The translations under genes and the position numbers were made by a program. Under the pieces are notes generated by a model, which saw nothing but the letters and a program-made list of their open reading frames with translations, did not search any database and was not told the DNA's origin. 64,000 bases of DNA from Dehalococcoidia bacterium. GTDB lineage: Bacteria; Chloroflexota; Dehalococcoidia; Lucifugimonadales; UBA3495. The stretch lies in assembly GCA_030740155.1 (NCBI GenBank), contig JASLXV010000058.1, positions 22,407 to 86,406 of the forward strand, given 5' to 3'. Shown piece after piece: positions 62,398 through 64,000 of this stretch (within the stretch, counting starts at the first letter, position 1; every line of letters begins with the position of its first letter).

Positions 62398-62453
62398 TGT
62401 TCACCGCTCTCCGTTTCCTGGTTGTCCGGTGGCGCGTTGGAGCAGGAAGCCGG

Positions 62454-63488
62454 CTAGGTGCCGTCGCCGTTGCTGGAAGGTTCCGCGCTGACGCCGGATA
62501 GCACGGCTTCAGTGCCCAACTCCTCGGGAACCCAGCAGGCGGAGACGTGGCCGTCGTTCACCTGCATCAACTCGGGGGGTTCCGTGGCGCATTTGTCGAT
62601 GGCCCAACGGCACCGTTCCCGGAAGGAGCATCCCGGCGGCAGATTTATCAGGTCTGGAGGCTGGCCTTCAATTGGGTCCAGCCTGGCCCGGCGAGGCTGG
62701 TCCAGGCGGGGCACCGACCGGAGCAGCCCGACGGTGTAGGGGTGCCGCGGGTTGGAATAAATCTCCATCGCCGAACCCCGTTCGATGATCTTGCCCGCGT
62801 ACATGATGTTCACCCGGTCGGCGTAGCGGGCCACCACGCCCAGGTTGTGGGTGATGACGATCAGGGCCACCCCGAACTCGGTGGTCAACGACTTCATCAA
62901 CTCCAGGATCTGGGCCTGAATGGTCACGTCCAGGGCGGTGGTCGGCTCGTCGGCGATGATCAAGCGGGGGTTGCAGCTTAGGGCCATGGCGATCATTACC
63001 CGTTGCCGCATCCCGCCACTGAACTGGTGGGGATATTGTTTGACCCGCTTGTCCGGGTCGGGGATACCCACCCTGGCCAACAGGTTGACGCTCTCCTTTC
63101 GAGACTCCTCCCGGCTCATTCCCTTATGGAGTTGGAGTGTCTCGGTGAGCTGCTTTTCTATAGTAAGCACCGGGTTCAGCGAGGTCATGGGCTCCTGGAA
63201 AACCATAGACATCTTGCCGCCCCGGATACGGCGCATATCGTCCATTTCGATCTTGAGGATGTCCTCACCTTCGAACAGAACCTCGCCGTTCAAAATCTTA
63301 CCCGGGGGATCGGGAATCAAACGCATCAGTGAGAGGGCGCTGACACTCTTGCCGCAACCGCTCTCTCCGACCAGGCCCAGGGTCTCGCCCTGCTCCAACT
63401 CGTAGGAAATCCCATCCACCGCCTTCACGACGCCTTCATAGGTGAAGAAGTAAGTCTTGAGGTCTTTCACATCTAGTAAAGTTACCAA
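62454..63488 (-). CDS. Oligopeptide/dipeptide ABC transporter ATP-binding protein (OppD/DppD type)
   Basis: GESGCGKSV, FSGGMRQR, IIADEPTTALD and HPYTVGLLRSVP. Start set at TTG 63488, 3 nt after AAGGAGGT. Confidence 0.85.
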   Translation of the reverse strand: MVTLLDVKDLKTYFFTYEGVVKAVDGISYELEQGETLGLVGESGCGKSVSALSLMRLIPDPPGKILNGEVLFEGEDILKIEMDDMRRIRGGKMSMVFQEPMTSLNPVLTIEKQLTETLQLHKGMSREESRKESVNLLARVGIPDPDKRVKQYPHQFSGGMRQRVMIAMALSCNPRLIIADEPTTALDVTIQAQILELMKSLTTEFGVALIVITHNLGVVARYADRVNIMYAGKIIERGSAMEIYSNPRHPYTVGLLRSVPRLDQPRRARLDPIEGQPPDLINLPPGCSFRERCRWAIDKCATEPPELMQVNDGHVSACWVPEELGTEAVLSGVSAEPSSNGDGT

Positions 63489-64000
63489 CCTACCTCCTTG
63501 GCTGATGGAATCAATCCTCAATCTACCTGCCCAAAATCGGGCCCATGTTCCCAGCGCATCTCAACCCGAAACTCCGGCGCCAGGTATCCTGGTGGGCAGC
63601 GGGAAACTCGAAATCCCGCGCCTGTTATCACTGTTGTCAGATGATTCGAAGTCCTGTGCCGGCCGATTGCCTGTGTATTCTATCGTACTTGTTGAAACGA
63701 AGATACCCCGTCGAGTGGCGGAGATCATACCACACTGCCCCAAGCGTTTCTCCCCGATACGGTCAAAACTGCGGACAGTATAAACTATGTGCCAGCTAGG
63801 GCCAAGTCCATTGTGGTAGTTCAGAGATAATGACACCGGGTAACAGTTCAGTGAAGATGTCACCCCATGAGAAGGGAGATAGTTTCATTCAATGCGAGGG
63901 AGCAATAGCGAGCGATGGTGTCGAGCCGGGTAGAAGGAGATTTGACGGGAAGGGGCGGTCCGGCGAATACATCTTCGGGGAACGGTAGTGGCGGACGGCG

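Noticed and set aside
63860-64000. Partial minus-strand ORF at the right window edge (...RLDTIARYCSLALNETISLLMG, stop at 63860-63862).
   Set aside because: Only about 47 codons are visible, and two other minus-strand frames also run open from the window edge for 35-40 codons. No family signature is present, so there is not enough evidence to call a CDS.
1-64000. tRNA, rRNA, tmRNA, RNase P or SRP RNA genes, and integrase, transposase or prophage modules.
   Set aside because: The intergenic regions are explained by repeat blocks, promoters or leaders. No cloverleaf-like or rRNA-like sequence was recognised, and no recombinase-like ORF is present in the track.

Overview
High-GC bacterial chromosomal window: sampled backbone lines are over 60% G+C by hand count. 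Gene content, including a YYYxG (TIGR03662-like) and TIGR03663-like membrane-protein pair, suggests a Chloroflexota-like organism; that assignment is inference. No rRNA, tRNA, CRISPR array, integrase or transposase was recognised.

Backbone genes:
- A 3'-truncated eno.
- An 11-gene complex-I-type operon, nuoABCDHIJKLMN, on the minus strand. It has no nuoEFG, carries a small HicB-like gene between nuoC and nuoD, and has a 300-nt gap between nuoI and nuoJ.
- A CinA-like/NadD-like fusion, a flavin reductase and a TolB-like lipoprotein.
- trmD, a PHP/dinG/ogg repair cluster, cca, rnc, ftsY, mutL, galU, tex, lepA and two Opp/Dpp-type ABC ATPases.
- Many acyl-CoA genes: tandem duplicated crotonases, a duplicated hotdog partner plus a MaoC dehydratase, and a thioesterase.
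- An envelope cluster: YYYxG protein, GT39-like protein, flippase-like protein and FAD oxidoreductase.

Most notable observations:
1. A 1.8-kb low-GC islet (30.3-32.07 kb) carries a single 534-aa Abi/UG-type (defence-associated) reverse transcriptase. All RT motifs are intact (YDD catalytic triad) and the C-terminal half is helical. No retron, DGR, group II intron, cas or mobility partner is present.
2. Three genes have an in-frame TGA exactly where a redox cysteine is expected, each followed 11-15 nt later by a hairpin with a GU-containing loop. They are a DsbA-like protein, an ArsC/Spx-like protein with a U-x-x-C motif, and a protein with a 'UGSC' motif fused to a 400-aa domain. They are candidate selenoproteins that an ORF caller would truncate.
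3. A second lower-GC islet carries a SieB-like superinfection-exclusion membrane protein with a near-consensus promoter.
4. Several families of palindromic intergenic repeats are present.

All calls come from manual reading and translation. No database search was run.
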